Shown one piece after another: positions 1 through 9,645 of a stretch of 64,000 nucleotides of DNA. The translations under genes were made by a program, and so were the position numbers. Source of the stretch: Pirellulales bacterium. Its GTDB lineage: Bacteria > Planctomycetota > Planctomycetia > Pirellulales > PALSA-1355. Where the stretch lies: positions 1,600,001 through 1,664,000 of the forward strand of contig CAVTBU010000005.1 of NCBI GenBank assembly GCA_963733035.1. Reading direction: 5' to 3'. The notes beneath the pieces were generated by a model. That model saw only the letters and a program-made list of their open reading frames with translations. It ran no database searches and was not told the DNA's origin. Position 1 is the stretch's first letter, and each line of letters begins with the position of its first letter.

Positions 1-1
1 G

Positions 2-451
2 GAGCTGGCCGACGACGGCACACCGGTCGGCGAAAAAAAGGTCTTCACACTGGAAGGCGACCGCGTTTACGTCGACGCCTGGGTAATCAAATATAACGAC
101 GACCTCGTCGAAAAAGGGGATCCGATGCGTTCGACTTCGGTCTGTCTGTTTCGCCGCGTGTTTGGAGAATTCCTGGCGCCCGACAAAGGTTTTCCGCTCG
201 ACACGAGCGGCTCTCGACCGGCGATCTACAGCCGGGGCGATGAAATGTCGCCTATCGAACGCGACATCTGGGCCAACTTCTGGCAGTACGCCAACAATCC
301 TGCCAAGGCCCGGCAGGCCGGCGTGCGCGCCGTGCACGGAGAAGCGCCCAGTATGCGATTGGAGCCTGGAAATCGCTATCGCGTCGAACTGCGGGCAAGC
401 GGCGGCTTGTCGATCGTTCCGGAAGAATCGCCGCAGAAACCGGAAGCGTAG
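2..451 (+). CDS. Hypothetical protein, 5'-truncated by window edge
   Basis: Frame is open from base 2 (ELADDGTPVGEKKVFTLEGDRVYVDAWVIKY...) and continues into the 125..451 ORF. Confidence 0.7.
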   Translation, partial: ELADDGTPVGEKKVFTLEGDRVYVDAWVIKYNDDLVEKGDPMRSTSVCLFRRVFGEFLAPDKGFPLDTSGSRPAIYSRGDEMSPIERDIWANFWQYANNPAKARQAGVRAVHGEAPSMRLEPGNRYRVELRASGGLSIVPEESPQKPEA

Positions 452-489
452 CGTTTGCGAATTGCTGCCGGCGGGCGTTTCGACAGCGT

Positions 490-1603
490 CTAGTCTGCCA
501 ACAGCAAACGGCTCAACTTCCTGCCGGTCGTGCTGAGGGGAAGTTCCGCAAGTGCCCGGGGCGCGATCCATTGCCACTGGCTGGTCGGCAGTCGCACGCG
601 ACTCTTTTCGTACGTTGCACGATAACAATCGAGCGTGATGCGAAATCGTGTCACACCATGTTTGAGCGTCGCAATCCGCGCTGCGGATCCGATGGCTAGC
701 CCGGCCTGCTGACGCGTTTTTTCCTCCAGTTCGGTCCGCAAGGCCTGACCACGCCGTGCAGTCACGGGAAAGCGCACGAAGTCCCACAAACCGGCCCAGC
801 GTTCTCCCGGCTGGCGTTGACGAACGAATACTCTACCGCGCCGCCAAACCACGACCGCCGCTTCCCGCACGTCTTCGAAGTTGGTCTTGGTGCGTGGCGC
901 GGGAATGTCGTCTTGCCGCCCCTGCTGATACGCGACACACAACTCACTTATCGGACACGCGTCGCATGCCGGCGCCTTTGGCGTACAGACCAGACTACCT
1001 AGTTCCATCAATGCCTGGTTGAAGGCTCCGCAACGGCGCTCCGGCACGATTGCCTCGGCCAGTCGCCAAAGTTGCTTCTGCGCAGCGGCCGTCGAAACGT
1101 CGCCGGCATAGCCGAACAGGCGACTTAGCAGGCGAATTGTGTTCGCTTCGAGAATCGGGGCCGGTCGGTCGTAGGCAATCGACATGATCGCGCCGGCCGT
1201 GTAGCGCCCGATCCCGGGAAGCGCGGATGATCTCGAGCGATTCGGGAAATCGACCGCCATGATCCTCGGCAATTTGCCTGGCGGCCGCGTGCAACTGCCG
1301 AGCCCGTCGATAGTAGCCAAGCCCTTCCCAAAGCTGGAGTATCTGGTGTTCGTCGGCCGCGGCCAGGTCGGTTATGCTGGGAAACGTCTCAAGAAACCGC
1401 TCGAAATACGGAATCACGGTCGCCACTTGCGTTTGTTGCAGCATGATCTCGCTGACCCACACCCGATAGGGATCCGCCGATTGCCGCCAGGGTAGCTTGC
1501 GCTGATGCTGACGAAACCAAGGCAATAGTCGACCGGCGAGCGCCCGTTTCCATTCGGACGTCGGCAACTGCGGCGACTGTGTGACTCGAGACGTGCTGGC
1601 CAT
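490..1603 (-). CDS. mutY: A/G-specific adenine glycosylase MutY, frameshifted near 1222 (probable sequencing error)
   Basis: DPYRVWVSEIMLQQTQV and WEGLGYYRRAR in ORF 995..1630. HhH motif LPGIGRYTAGA, Fe-S motif CTPKAPACDACPISELC and NUDIX-like C-terminus in ORF 490..1320. Frames join at a CG repeat. Confidence 0.93.
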
Positions 1604-1678
1604 CAAAGATTCCGGCGTCCGCTGCGGCAAGATGCAGGGATTCTAGCGCCTTCGCCCTCGGCTGAGTAGACCGAATCG

Positions 1679-2314
1679 GTGTCGTGCAGTACGCTCATAC
1701 GTCGCACACGCACTTTCCCTTGGAACGCCACGCAGAGCATTCAATTGGCCGGCAAGCGACGCAAGCCTAAGTCTCGTCCCCGAACGGATCGATCCGGACC
1801 GGCTAAGCGATCAGCCCCTTTGTCGTCCGGAGGCATTCGCGTCCGGCAACGCGCGGGCGAAGCCGCCTGGGAGTTGGTCTTGCCGCGTTGTGCGCGCGAC
1901 CGCCAGGAAGACCTGGACGAAGTTCGCAAGATGCTCGAAGCCGGCGAGCCCGATGTGGCGCGTGACGAGTGCCTCTGGCTGTTGCAAGGATGTGTCGATT
2001 GCCTCGATGCCCATCGCATCCTCGGCGAAATAGCGCTCGGCGAGAACGATTTGCCGTTGGCCCGCGGGCATTTTGGTTACGCGTTTCGGTTGGGCTCCAA
2101 AGCGATCGAGCAAGCTGGCGATGTCGCCCCCCTGCCCTACCGTCTGGTGGCCAATCAATCCTTTCTGGAAGCGGGCAAAGCTTTGGCCTGGTGTCTGAAA
2201 CAACTCGACAAATCCAAGCTGGCCGCCGAGGTGATCGAACTTGTGCTCCGTTGCGACCCGGACGATCCGCTCGGTGTCCGCAACCTCTCGACCGGCGATC
2301 CCGCAACGGGCTGA
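1679..2314 (+). CDS. Conserved hypothetical protein with TPR-like helices (start may be TTG 1745)
   Basis: Helical pattern DAHRILGEIA...ARGHFGYAF and C-terminal DPDDPLGV. Confidence 0.65.
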   Translation: MSCSTLIRRTRTFPWNATQSIQLAGKRRKPKSRPRTDRSGPAKRSAPLSSGGIRVRQRAGEAAWELVLPRCARDRQEDLDEVRKMLEAGEPDVARDECLWLLQGCVDCLDAHRILGEIALGENDLPLARGHFGYAFRLGSKAIEQAGDVAPLPYRLVANQSFLEAGKALAWCLKQLDKSKLAAEVIELVLRCDPDDPLGVRNLSTGDPATG

Positions 2315-2425
2315 GCTGCCCATCGCAGCGGTGTTTGAAGATTCAACACGTTGCCCACGCGCATGGATGCGACGACAACCTGGCACCGAGGCTTTTGTCG
2401 GCGGCCTGGGTTTTTCACCAGACTG

Positions 2426-3469
2426 TCATTTGTCCTGTACGGCCACGATCTTGGTTCCGGGTTCGTAGTGCGGAACCTTGCCGGTGAATTCGACTTTTGC
2501 CGTCTTACGTTCCTCTTCGATGAGTCGGCCGAGCTTTTCCTTGGCGGCGAATTGTCTGATCTGCGGAATGACCTGGGTCCATTGTCGACCGCCGGGCTTG
2601 ACGTCGGTTGCCTTGATCAGATGCGTCCCCAGCGCCGTGGAGACTGGTGCACTGATCTCGCCCGGTTTCAGCTTGAACAGTGCCTCGCCGAATTCCTCGA
2701 GCATTACGCCGTGGCGCGGAATGAACCCGAGATCGCCCCCCTGCTCGCGGCTCGGACCGACGGAATACTTGCGGGCAGCCGAGGCGAAATCGATGCTGCC
2801 GGATTCGATTTCCTCGCGAATCTTTGCAGCTCGTTGCTGAATTTCCCTGGTAGTCTCGTCGTAGCGATTTGGAAGTAGCATGATGTGGCTTGCGCGGATT
2901 TCCGTGCCGTCGAGTTCCTTCTTGTTTGCATTGAAATAGGCCTCTAGATTGTCGGCCAGATCTCGCTCGAGAAAACGTTGCCCGGCAACTCGAAACATCG
3001 CGGAATTGCGCAACGCTTCGATCGTGACGCCTGTCTTCGCGCACATTTCATCGAGCGTCATCCCCTGCTCCTTCGCTTGGGCCTCTTTTTCCGCAAGGAG
3101 CTTTTCGACTTCACCTTCCTTGATCAACGTCGGGTCGCGCGCCAGGGCGTGTTGCGCCAGTCGCTGATCAACGAGCTGCGAAAGTAGCGCCGCCTTTACG
3201 TCTTCAGGACGACTGCCACGTATGCTCCCGGACCTTTGCATATACTGATAAGTCGCCTCGATCTCGGAGACAAAAATCGGTTCGCCGTCGACGGTGGCAG
3301 CCACCGGCGGCAGGGGCCGCGGCTCAGGGGCTGGCTCCGCGGGGGCTTGCTCTGGCGGGGCCGCCGATTCGGGTGCGGGTTCATCTTGCGCTCGAGCGGT
3401 TATCGCGCACACGGCCAGCGCGATTGAAATGACCAGGCAAGTCCAGTGAGTGCGTGGGTTCGTCTTCAT
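2426..3469 (-). CDS. Secreted PpiC/parvulin-type peptidyl-prolyl isomerase (SurA/PrsA-like)
   Basis: Signal peptide, VAATVDGEPI, IRASHIML, FASAARKYS, GGDLGF, PVSTALGTHLI. Confidence 0.9.
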   Translation of the reverse strand: MKTNPRTHWTCLVISIALAVCAITARAQDEPAPESAAPPEQAPAEPAPEPRPLPPVAATVDGEPIFVSEIEATYQYMQRSGSIRGSRPEDVKAALLSQLVDQRLAQHALARDPTLIKEGEVEKLLAEKEAQAKEQGMTLDEMCAKTGVTIEALRNSAMFRVAGQRFLERDLADNLEAYFNANKKELDGTEIRASHIMLLPNRYDETTREIQQRAAKIREEIESGSIDFASAARKYSVGPSREQGGDLGFIPRHGVMLEEFGEALFKLKPGEISAPVSTALGTHLIKATDVKPGGRQWTQVIPQIRQFAAKEKLGRLIEEERKTAKVEFTGKVPHYEPGTKIVAVQDK

Positions 3470-3559
3470 GTTCAAAATCTCGATAGGTTCAAATGCATAT
3501 CGGCGAGATTCGTTGGCCGGCGGCCCAGGCCTTGAGGCCTCGCTGACCAATCCGACCAC

Positions 3560-4909
3560 TCATGGAAGAGGCAAGTCTCGGAATTCATATTCGACGGGCA
3601 GTTCCAGCACCATCAACGGCGTGCGATAGACAAACGACATTCCCGCCGGGCCGTCCGGCAAATCGAAGAAATAGTTCAACCCCAATTCGTCCTTGGTGTG
3701 CAAGGTTTGCTCGATTCCGCCCGAGTCGTGACGATTTCCGTCGCCATCCACGAAATAGGCCTCGTTTTCCAACATCCACCCGCGGTGCGATTCAAAGGCC
3801 TCGCTGGGGGCGTCGAAGCGGATGCGAAGACTTGCTTCCCAGATGTCATTGTTGGTACGCACCCGGTCGAGCGTCAACGATGTACCTGCCTTGCGCTGCG
3901 TGGCACCCTGTGGGCGAGCACCGGGTTTGGCCAGCGGAAGTTCGTCAAAGCGAAATTCTTCGAGCGGACCAGGAACCAGCGCGATCAACTTACCGGTCAA
4001 TCGCCGAATGCTCTTCGTGCCGCGCGGCGGAAGCTCCAGGGGGATCTCCAACTCGGCGGCTGAAAAGCCGCCGCGAATCAGGGTCTCGGGCGCGGCCCGC
4101 TCGCTGGCGGTGGCAATCGCTTCGCCAGAATCGCCGACAGCCTCGACTTCGGCCATGGGCTGTAGTATGGAAAACGGCTGCAAGCGCGGCTCCCAGCTCA
4201 CTTCGATAAAGAGCCGCAACCCACCGAGTTCCGGGTTGCGCAGGTCGCGTTGCGCCTCGAACCTCACGGGTTCCAGCCGAAACACGCCGACGTAGTTGGC
4301 ATTGGCCGCGCGCGGCGATGCGCCGGGAGGACGATTGATGACGAACAGGCCGCGCTCGCCGGCAAATCCATACAGGGTAAGACCCGCCTGATCGAGCACG
4401 TTATCCAGCGCTTGCCAAAATGGCGTCTTTTCAAAGTCCACGTCGACCAGCCGCTCGTCGGCCTGCTGTCCGAACGCAGCGCGGTGATCGACGATCGGGT
4501 TTTTGGTTTGTTTGGCAAACTCCTCGAGCACTTCGGCCAACGGCATGTCTTGGCCGTGCAGCGTGATGTGAGTGGGCTCGGCCGCGGCCATCGCCTGGGC
4601 GCGCATCAGGATTTGCCGCACGCGCGTCAGCCGTTGAGCGGCTTCGGCGGACGTGCGGTCGTCAATGGCCGGCAACAGCGGCAAAACATCCGTGCCCAGA
4701 GACTCCAACTCGCGCTCTGCGCTGTCACGCTCGGTTAGTCGCGACGCATCGAGCTGCCGAACGAGCGATTGCACGCGCGCGGCCACGTCCTCGTCGGCCG
4801 CTGGCGGCGCAACGACCAACATCGTGAAAAGCATGAACTGGATCACTCGAACGCCTCGTGATTTCGCGTTGCCGCGTTTCGCCTTGTCTTCTTGCTCATA
4901 ACGATCCAC
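3560..4909 (-). CDS. Exported hypothetical protein (start uncertain)
   Basis: 449-aa ORF with hydrophobic N-terminus and HEAT-like LVRQLDA..ERDSAERELESLG segment; lies directly upstream of the PPIase gene. Confidence 0.7.
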   Translation of the reverse strand: MDRYEQEDKAKRGNAKSRGVRVIQFMLFTMLVVAPPAADEDVAARVQSLVRQLDASRLTERDSAERELESLGTDVLPLLPAIDDRTSAEAAQRLTRVRQILMRAQAMAAAEPTHITLHGQDMPLAEVLEEFAKQTKNPIVDHRAAFGQQADERLVDVDFEKTPFWQALDNVLDQAGLTLYGFAGERGLFVINRPPGASPRAANANYVGVFRLEPVRFEAQRDLRNPELGGLRLFIEVSWEPRLQPFSILQPMAEVEAVGDSGEAIATASERAAPETLIRGGFSAAELEIPLELPPRGTKSIRRLTGKLIALVPGPLEEFRFDELPLAKPGARPQGATQRKAGTSLTLDRVRTNNDIWEASLRIRFDAPSEAFESHRGWMLENEAYFVDGDGNRHDSGGIEQTLHTKDELGLNYFFDLPDGPAGMSFVYRTPLMVLELPVEYEFRDLPLP

Positions 4910-5189
4910 GTAAACGGTTGATACCTTGATTTTATGCCAGACCGCATGACCCTGCGAACCAAAAAGTAGCCTGCCAGGATGTCAAGTCGCGACGCCTGGG
5001 CCAACCGGCCCACCGTAAATGCCGGCTAACTGTCACACGCGCTACTTCATTTATGCCGTGAACGGCCGGTTTCGTGGGCTAGGTTTTAGTAGTCCTGTCT
5101 TGCACCCGACAGCCGGCAACGTCGCCGACGGCGGACTATCCGCACACCACTTCTTCCGATTTCGACGAACCGCAGCGAGACCGCGATCG

Positions 5190-6266
5190 ATGCGCACCTG
5201 GTTGGCAATCTTGATGGCGGCGTTTTGCCTCGGCACGACCGAGGGAAGAGCCGAGCGGCCGCATTGGACCATGCTAGTTGACGTACATGGCCAACCACTC
5301 GAGGGAACTCCCTTGGCCTGGTCCAGAAACCAGGTCGTTTTGCTGGCACGAGACGGCCGCTTGTGGGACTTTGCACCCAGCGAGAGCCGCAACTTCCGCA
5401 AAGTCAGCTCGGTGTTTACCCCTTACTCGGCCGCCGAGATGCAAGCCGAACTGCAGCGGGAGCTGCGTGGCAGGCTGGCCGTGACCGGCACGGGCCACTA
5501 CCTGGTGGCTCACCCTCACGGCCGCGAAGCTTGGGCCCAGCGGTTCGAGGACCTTTATCGGTCGTGCATCCACTACTTTGGCCTGCGGGAAATGCGCGTC
5601 CGTGAACCGTCGTTTCCCTTGGTCGCTATTGTTTGGGATCGCCGCGAGGATTTCGTACGGTATGCCGCCAGCCAAGGAACTCGGGTGAGCGGCAATGTAC
5701 TGGGCTTTTATTCGCCTAAGACCAACCGGGTCATGCTGTACGATCAGGACCACGGCGGGCGCCAGCGAACATTTCTGGAAAACGACGCCACGATCATCCA
5801 CGAAGCCACGCATCAGATGGCCTTCAACACGGGCGTGCACAATCGCTTTTCGCCCACGCCGGTGTGGTTGGCCGAAGGGCTTGGCACGATGTTCGAGGCA
5901 TCGGGCGTCTGGAATTGGCGCGATCACCCCACGCGACGCGAACGCGTGAATCGCGGCCGCCTGGCAGAATTTCGAGCCTGGCAAAAACAGGGTCGAGCGC
6001 AGGGGGACTTCATTCACTTGCTCGGTTCCGACCGCAAGTTCGAAACCAACCCTTCGGCGGCTTATGCCGAGGCCTGGGCCTGGGTCTTCTTTCTCACCGA
6101 GACTTATCCACGGCAGTTTGCCGAATTTGTTCGGCGAGTCGCTGCCCGCGAGGACTTTGAACAGTATCCCACCGCTCGCCGCATCGCCGATTTTGCCGAG
6201 GTGTTCGACACGGATTTGCGAATCCTCGAACGGCACTTCTTGAACTTTATCGCCGGGCTCGATTGA
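5190..6266 (+). CDS. DUF1570-type zincin-like metallopeptidase domain protein
   Basis: Signal peptide, HEATHQ (HExxH), WLAEGLG..FE, AYAEAWAWVFFL. Confidence 0.85.
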   Translation: MRTWLAILMAAFCLGTTEGRAERPHWTMLVDVHGQPLEGTPLAWSRNQVVLLARDGRLWDFAPSESRNFRKVSSVFTPYSAAEMQAELQRELRGRLAVTGTGHYLVAHPHGREAWAQRFEDLYRSCIHYFGLREMRVREPSFPLVAIVWDRREDFVRYAASQGTRVSGNVLGFYSPKTNRVMLYDQDHGGRQRTFLENDATIIHEATHQMAFNTGVHNRFSPTPVWLAEGLGTMFEASGVWNWRDHPTRRERVNRGRLAEFRAWQKQGRAQGDFIHLLGSDRKFETNPSAAYAEAWAWVFFLTETYPRQFAEFVRRVAAREDFEQYPTARRIADFAEVFDTDLRILERHFLNFIAGLD

Positions 6267-6286
6267 TCGGCGTCGCTTCGCTCCGG

Positions 6287-6306
6287 CCCGCCCTGGAAAG
6301 GGCGGG
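6287..6306. terminator. GC-rich hairpin between convergent genes
   Basis: CCCGCCCT-GGAA-AGGGCGGG is a perfect 8-bp stem; no U-tract. Confidence 0.35.
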
Positions 6307-6315
6307 GGAAGGTTC

Positions 6316-7119
6316 CTATTTGCCCTGAAAATTTGGCGGTCGTTTTTCTAGAAACGCGTGCATGGCCTCGGCCACGTCGGCCGTGCCGATGAGTTGGCTT
6401 TGAGCCCAGCGCTCGATGGCCATTTGGGTATGTTTGGGCAGACCGTCCCCTTGGTCGACAATGAGCTTGGCCAGCCCCACGGCCAACGGCGCATTGGCGG
6501 CAATATCGCGGGCGAGCGAGACGGCACCGTGCAATTGGCTTCCATTGGGCACGACACGATTCACCAGTCCCCAGGCCAGGGCCTCGTCGGCCGCGATGCT
6601 GCGCGCGGTCAGCAGCAGATCCTTAGCGCGGCTGGGCCCCACGGTGCGCGACAGCCGCGTCGTGCCGCCGACGTCGGCCACCAGTCCCACGCGCGCTTCG
6701 GGTATCGAAAGCTGACAATCCTCGGTTGCCACGCGCAGATCGAAGGCCAACGCGAGTTCGAGTCCCAGGCCCATCACTTGGCCTTGCATCGCCCCGATCA
6801 CGGGCACCTCGGTGGCTTCGATGACGTTCAGCGCGTCTTGCAGACGATCGGCCAATCGCCGTAATGCGCGAGCGGGATTCTTCGCGAGCGAAGCTCCCAG
6901 CGATTCGGCCAGCGCGCCGATGTCGATGCCGGCCGAGAACACCGGCCCCTCGGCATGCACCACAACGGCCCGCACCTCGGGGTGATCGTCGGCCGTGCGG
7001 ACGGCGGCAGCTAAAGCGTCGATCATTTCCGGCGTCAGCGCGTTGCGTTTCTTGGGCCGATCGATCGCAACCAGCAAAAGGTTGTCGTCGATTCGCGTGG
7101 TGATGTGCTCGGCGGTCAT
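6316..7119 (-). CDS. Enoyl-CoA hydratase/isomerase family protein
   Basis: DRPKKRNAL, FSAGID, GLGLELALAFDLR, PEARVGL, AFLEKRPPNF. Confidence 0.93.
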   Translation of the reverse strand: MTAEHITTRIDDNLLLVAIDRPKKRNALTPEMIDALAAAVRTADDHPEVRAVVVHAEGPVFSAGIDIGALAESLGASLAKNPARALRRLADRLQDALNVIEATEVPVIGAMQGQVMGLGLELALAFDLRVATEDCQLSIPEARVGLVADVGGTTRLSRTVGPSRAKDLLLTARSIAADEALAWGLVNRVVPNGSQLHGAVSLARDIAANAPLAVGLAKLIVDQGDGLPKHTQMAIERWAQSQLIGTADVAEAMHAFLEKRPPNFQGK

Positions 7120-7280
7120 GTTCGGCTCCGAAGGGCGGTGTGACGGGTGACGGTTGTGACGCGAAGGCGGTTTGCCGGTGAAAGCTGGCGTCTGGGCTCG
7201 GCCAAAGCCGATGGGCTATTATTGTCCTGTTAGTGAGCGAACGGGAAGACGTTTTCAACAGCTTTTGTCGAGTGGGAACG

Positions 7281-8909
7281 ATGGCGGACTCTTACGATGC
7301 GATCGTGATCGGCGGTGGGCACAACGGCCTGGTGACGGCGGCCTACCTGGCACGCGCCGGCAAACGCGTGTGCGTGCTCGAGCGGCGGAGCGTGCTGGGA
7401 GGCGCCGCCACGACCGAGGAACTGTGGCCTGGCTACAAGGTGTCGACCGCCGCTTACGTGGTGAGTCTGCTGCTGCCGGAGATCATCGGCGAACTGAGGC
7501 TGGCCGAATACGGCTTCAAGGTTCTGCCGCGCAGCCCGTCGAGTTTCACTCCGCTGGCGGACGGCCGCAGCTTGCTGATGGGACCGGAACCGGGACTCAA
7601 CCAGCGAGAGATTTCCCGATTCAGCACGCGCGACGCCGAACGATTCCCGCGCTACGAGACCCTGCTGGAACGCGTGGCACAGTCGCTCGAGCCGGCCCTG
7701 TCGAGTCCGGCTCCCGACTTGCTGCCGCTCCCTTCGACTTGGCGCGAGCGCGGCCTGGGCAAGCGGCTGCGCGACGGCAAGATTGGCTGGAACCTGTACC
7801 GCGCGCTCGGTGCGCTGGGCAGCGATCTGCCCGAGGCGATTGAGCTGTTGACCGGCGCGGCCAGGCCAATTCTGGACCGCTGGTTCGAGAGCGACGTGCT
7901 CAAGGCGACCCTGGCGACCGACGCGATCATCGGAGCATTCGCGCCCATTTCCGCGCCGGGAAGCGCCTACGTGCTGCTGCATCACGTGATGGGCGAGGCC
8001 GGTGGGGCGCGGGGCGTGTGGGGGTATGTGCAAGGGGGCATGGGGGCGCTCGCAACGTCGCTAGCCGCCGCGTGCCGCGACTTGAAAGTGAAGATCGTCC
8101 GCGAGGCGCCGGTCCAACGCATTTTGGCCGCAGGCGGACGCGTGAACGGCGTGGCGTTGGAAGACGGACACACCATCAATGCGCCCGTGGTGGCCTCCAG
8201 CGTCGATCCACATTGGACGTTCGAGCGGTTTCTCGACCCCAGTGATCTTCCGGCTGATTTTCTCGCCGCCGTGAAACGCATCGACTACGCTTCGGCTTCG
8301 GCCAAGATCAACCTGGCACTTTCGGAGCCGCCACGGTTCGCAGTGAACGATCGGCCGGTGGACGCCGATGGCTTGGGAGCCCATCATCACGGCACGATGC
8401 ACATCGGACCGTCGCTCGAGTATTTGGAACGAGCCTATGATGACGCCAAGTATGGTAAGTTCAGCGACGAGCCAATTCTCGAATTGACGATGCCCACCAG
8501 CGTCGACCGCACGATCGCGCCGCCGGGCAAGCACATCGTGTCAATATTCGTGCAGTACGCACCGTATCAGCTGGCCGAAGGCGATTGGGATAGCCAGCGC
8601 GAGACGTTCGGCGATCGGTGCATCGAGGTGCTGGCACGCTTTGCGCCGAACGTGCCTGGCGCGATTTTGCATCGGCAGGTGCTGACGCCACTCGACCTGG
8701 AGCGCACGTTTCGCCTGACCGGCGGCAACATCTTTCAAGGGGCGATGAGCCTTTCGCAACTGTTCTCGCTGCGCCCCGTGCCTGGCTGGGCCGACCACCG
8801 CACGCCGCTGGCTGGCCTCTATCTGTGCGGCGCCGCGTCGCATCCCGGCGGTGGCGTAATGGGCGCCTGCGGAAAAAACGCGGCCGCCGAGATTCTTCGC
8901 GACGATTGA
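7281..8909 (+). CDS. FAD-dependent oxidoreductase, phytoene desaturase-like (PYROXD2-type)
   Basis: GGGHNGLVTAAYLARAG, LERRSVLGGA, GGNIFQG, LYLCGAASHPGGGVMGACG. Confidence 0.9.
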   Translation: MADSYDAIVIGGGHNGLVTAAYLARAGKRVCVLERRSVLGGAATTEELWPGYKVSTAAYVVSLLLPEIIGELRLAEYGFKVLPRSPSSFTPLADGRSLLMGPEPGLNQREISRFSTRDAERFPRYETLLERVAQSLEPALSSPAPDLLPLPSTWRERGLGKRLRDGKIGWNLYRALGALGSDLPEAIELLTGAARPILDRWFESDVLKATLATDAIIGAFAPISAPGSAYVLLHHVMGEAGGARGVWGYVQGGMGALATSLAAACRDLKVKIVREAPVQRILAAGGRVNGVALEDGHTINAPVVASSVDPHWTFERFLDPSDLPADFLAAVKRIDYASASAKINLALSEPPRFAVNDRPVDADGLGAHHHGTMHIGPSLEYLERAYDDAKYGKFSDEPILELTMPTSVDRTIAPPGKHIVSIFVQYAPYQLAEGDWDSQRETFGDRCIEVLARFAPNVPGAILHRQVLTPLDLERTFRLTGGNIFQGAMSLSQLFSLRPVPGWADHRTPLAGLYLCGAASHPGGGVMGACGKNAAAEILRDD

Positions 8910-8952
8910 TAACGATCGATTCGAACTTGTTTTGGATTGCCGCACGGGCAGC

Positions 8953-9378
8953 CTAACGAACGCAGACTTCGCGCACTCGCTTGGAGCGCAGCAAGTAGGC
9001 CGTCCACAGGCCCGCGACCACGCACTGCGCGAGGAACACCAAGGCGGTGAAAGGCAGATCGTACTCGTATCCTGAGAAAATTTCGTAGCCGACGAACGCG
9101 ATGCTCAACAGCACGTTGGCGATCAAAATTGAAATCATGATCGGGACAAAAAGTTTCCGCCGCCCTAGCAACAGGAATAACGCCAGGGCGCAGAACGCGG
9201 AAACGCCCACATCGGTCAATACGTCCAGGCGATCGGAGGAAGTGGATTGAGGCTCAAGCGTGAAGAGCCTGGCGAAGCCCGTAACCACATTAAGCGTCAG
9301 ACCGACCGCCAATAGCCCGAGCCAGAATCCGAAAGAGGGCAAGTTTTCCGCCTTCGCCGTGCTGGAAGCTGCGTCCAT
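8953..9378 (-). CDS. Small 4-TM membrane protein (DUF2569-like)
   Basis: Four hydrophobic segments, C-terminal WTAYLLRSKRVR, GGAG RBS upstream. Confidence 0.65.
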   Translation of the reverse strand: MDAASSTAKAENLPSFGFWLGLLAVGLTLNVVTGFARLFTLEPQSTSSDRLDVLTDVGVSAFCALALFLLLGRRKLFVPIMISILIANVLLSIAFVGYEIFSGYEYDLPFTALVFLAQCVVAGLWTAYLLRSKRVREVCVR

Positions 9379-9456
9379 TTGAGATTCTCCCACTACAGAG
9401 GGTTTGAGTGTCCGGGGAGGCCTGCGGCCAACCATCTACTAGTAATAATGGGTGGT

Positions 9457-9485
9457 ATGATAATGTCCATTGAATGGAGTGTCAA
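9457..9485 (-). promoter_or_regulatory. Sigma70-type promoter with a palindrome in the spacer
   Basis: Minus strand TTGACA-17nt-TATCAT; spacer contains TCCATT-N-AATGGA. Confidence 0.6.
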
Positions 9486-9645
9486 TATGTACACTTACTG
9501 TCGAGCGACGTGAGCCGCATCGCACGTCATTTGTTCAACTTTTCCAGCCGAACTGCCGCCGCTTTGCCCGACCTGCTGGCTCGGTTATCTTATTAGCTGG
9601 CGTTGATCTGTTCGTTCTCGCTGAGATCGTGGAGGGCCGGCCCAC

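Noticed and set aside
490..1603. mutY as a true pseudogene (mutator) or programmed frameshift
   Set aside because: The break is in a CG repeat and matches the window-wide indel error pattern; both halves are otherwise intact and no slippery heptamer is seen
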